Positions 63,626 through 64,000 of a stretch of DNA of 64,000 nt are shown piece by piece. The notes beneath the pieces are model-generated. The model was given only the letters and a program-made list of their open reading frames with translations. It was not told the origin of the DNA and ran no database searches. Origin of the DNA: Squalus acanthias (Eukaryota); the NCBI GenBank assembly GCA_030390025.1, contig CM059448.1, positions 7,502,001 to 7,566,000 on the forward strand, written 5' to 3'. The position numbers and the translations under genes are program-made. Position 1 is the stretch's first letter. Every line of letters starts with the position of its first letter.

Positions 63626-64000
63626 CTGAAAATAGAAATGGCGGGGAAAGTTTTAATTTAGTGTAAATGCAAGCTTGGCCCAACAACAGCAAGAGCTTTT
63701 GATCAAATCTTTGAGTCTCCCAACAATCAATGCACTGATGTCTTCACCCAACACCAAAACCATTTGATCTCTCAAGCCTTAGATTATCAGTGTGGTTAAC
63801 CTCAAGTAAACATTGGAGCACTCAGTCTGGGTAGGTGCTTTCTTTTCTTAAAGAGCCGCTGTTAAAAAAAAAATCTAATCCACGAAGGAAGACATAAAAT
63901 GATGGAAATGCATAGCAGTTCTATCGGCATTTGTGAAGGTAGAGCAACATTCCAGGTACAACCCTTCGCCAGAACTGAAAACAAAAGCAAGCTAGCAATT

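Overview
Eukaryotic, intron-rich vertebrate DNA, most likely from a cartilaginous fish (HE1/V-SINE copies, shark-type CR1 and Penelope remnants). The whole window lies inside the neurofibromin gene NF1 on the minus strand. I can place 21 coding exons equivalent to human exons 15, 16 and 18-36, with GT-AG boundaries and lengths matching my recollection of the human exons, covering the GAP-related domain. Exceptions: exon 18 is one codon shorter, exon 23a/31 is one codon longer, exon 22 is cut by an assembly gap, and no exon 17/12b is recognisable. Positions 1-7138 are the start of intron 27b/36, which in mammals hosts the antisense nested genes OMG, EVI2B and EVI2A. The best lead lies there on the antisense (+) strand: a 97-aa ORF (4668-4961) with a signal peptide, a Ser/Thr-rich core with four N-glycosylation sequons and a GPI-type tail. 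It has its own splice acceptor, Kozak ATG, polyA signal and a candidate TATA promoter, and matches none of the three known nested genes. Second lead: an in-frame 153-codon candidate alternative last/poison exon between exons 23a and 24. The remainder is intronic DNA with LINEs, SINEs, hAT MITEs and Penelope remnants carrying minimal hammerhead ribozyme motifs. Human comparisons are from memory, not from an alignment.
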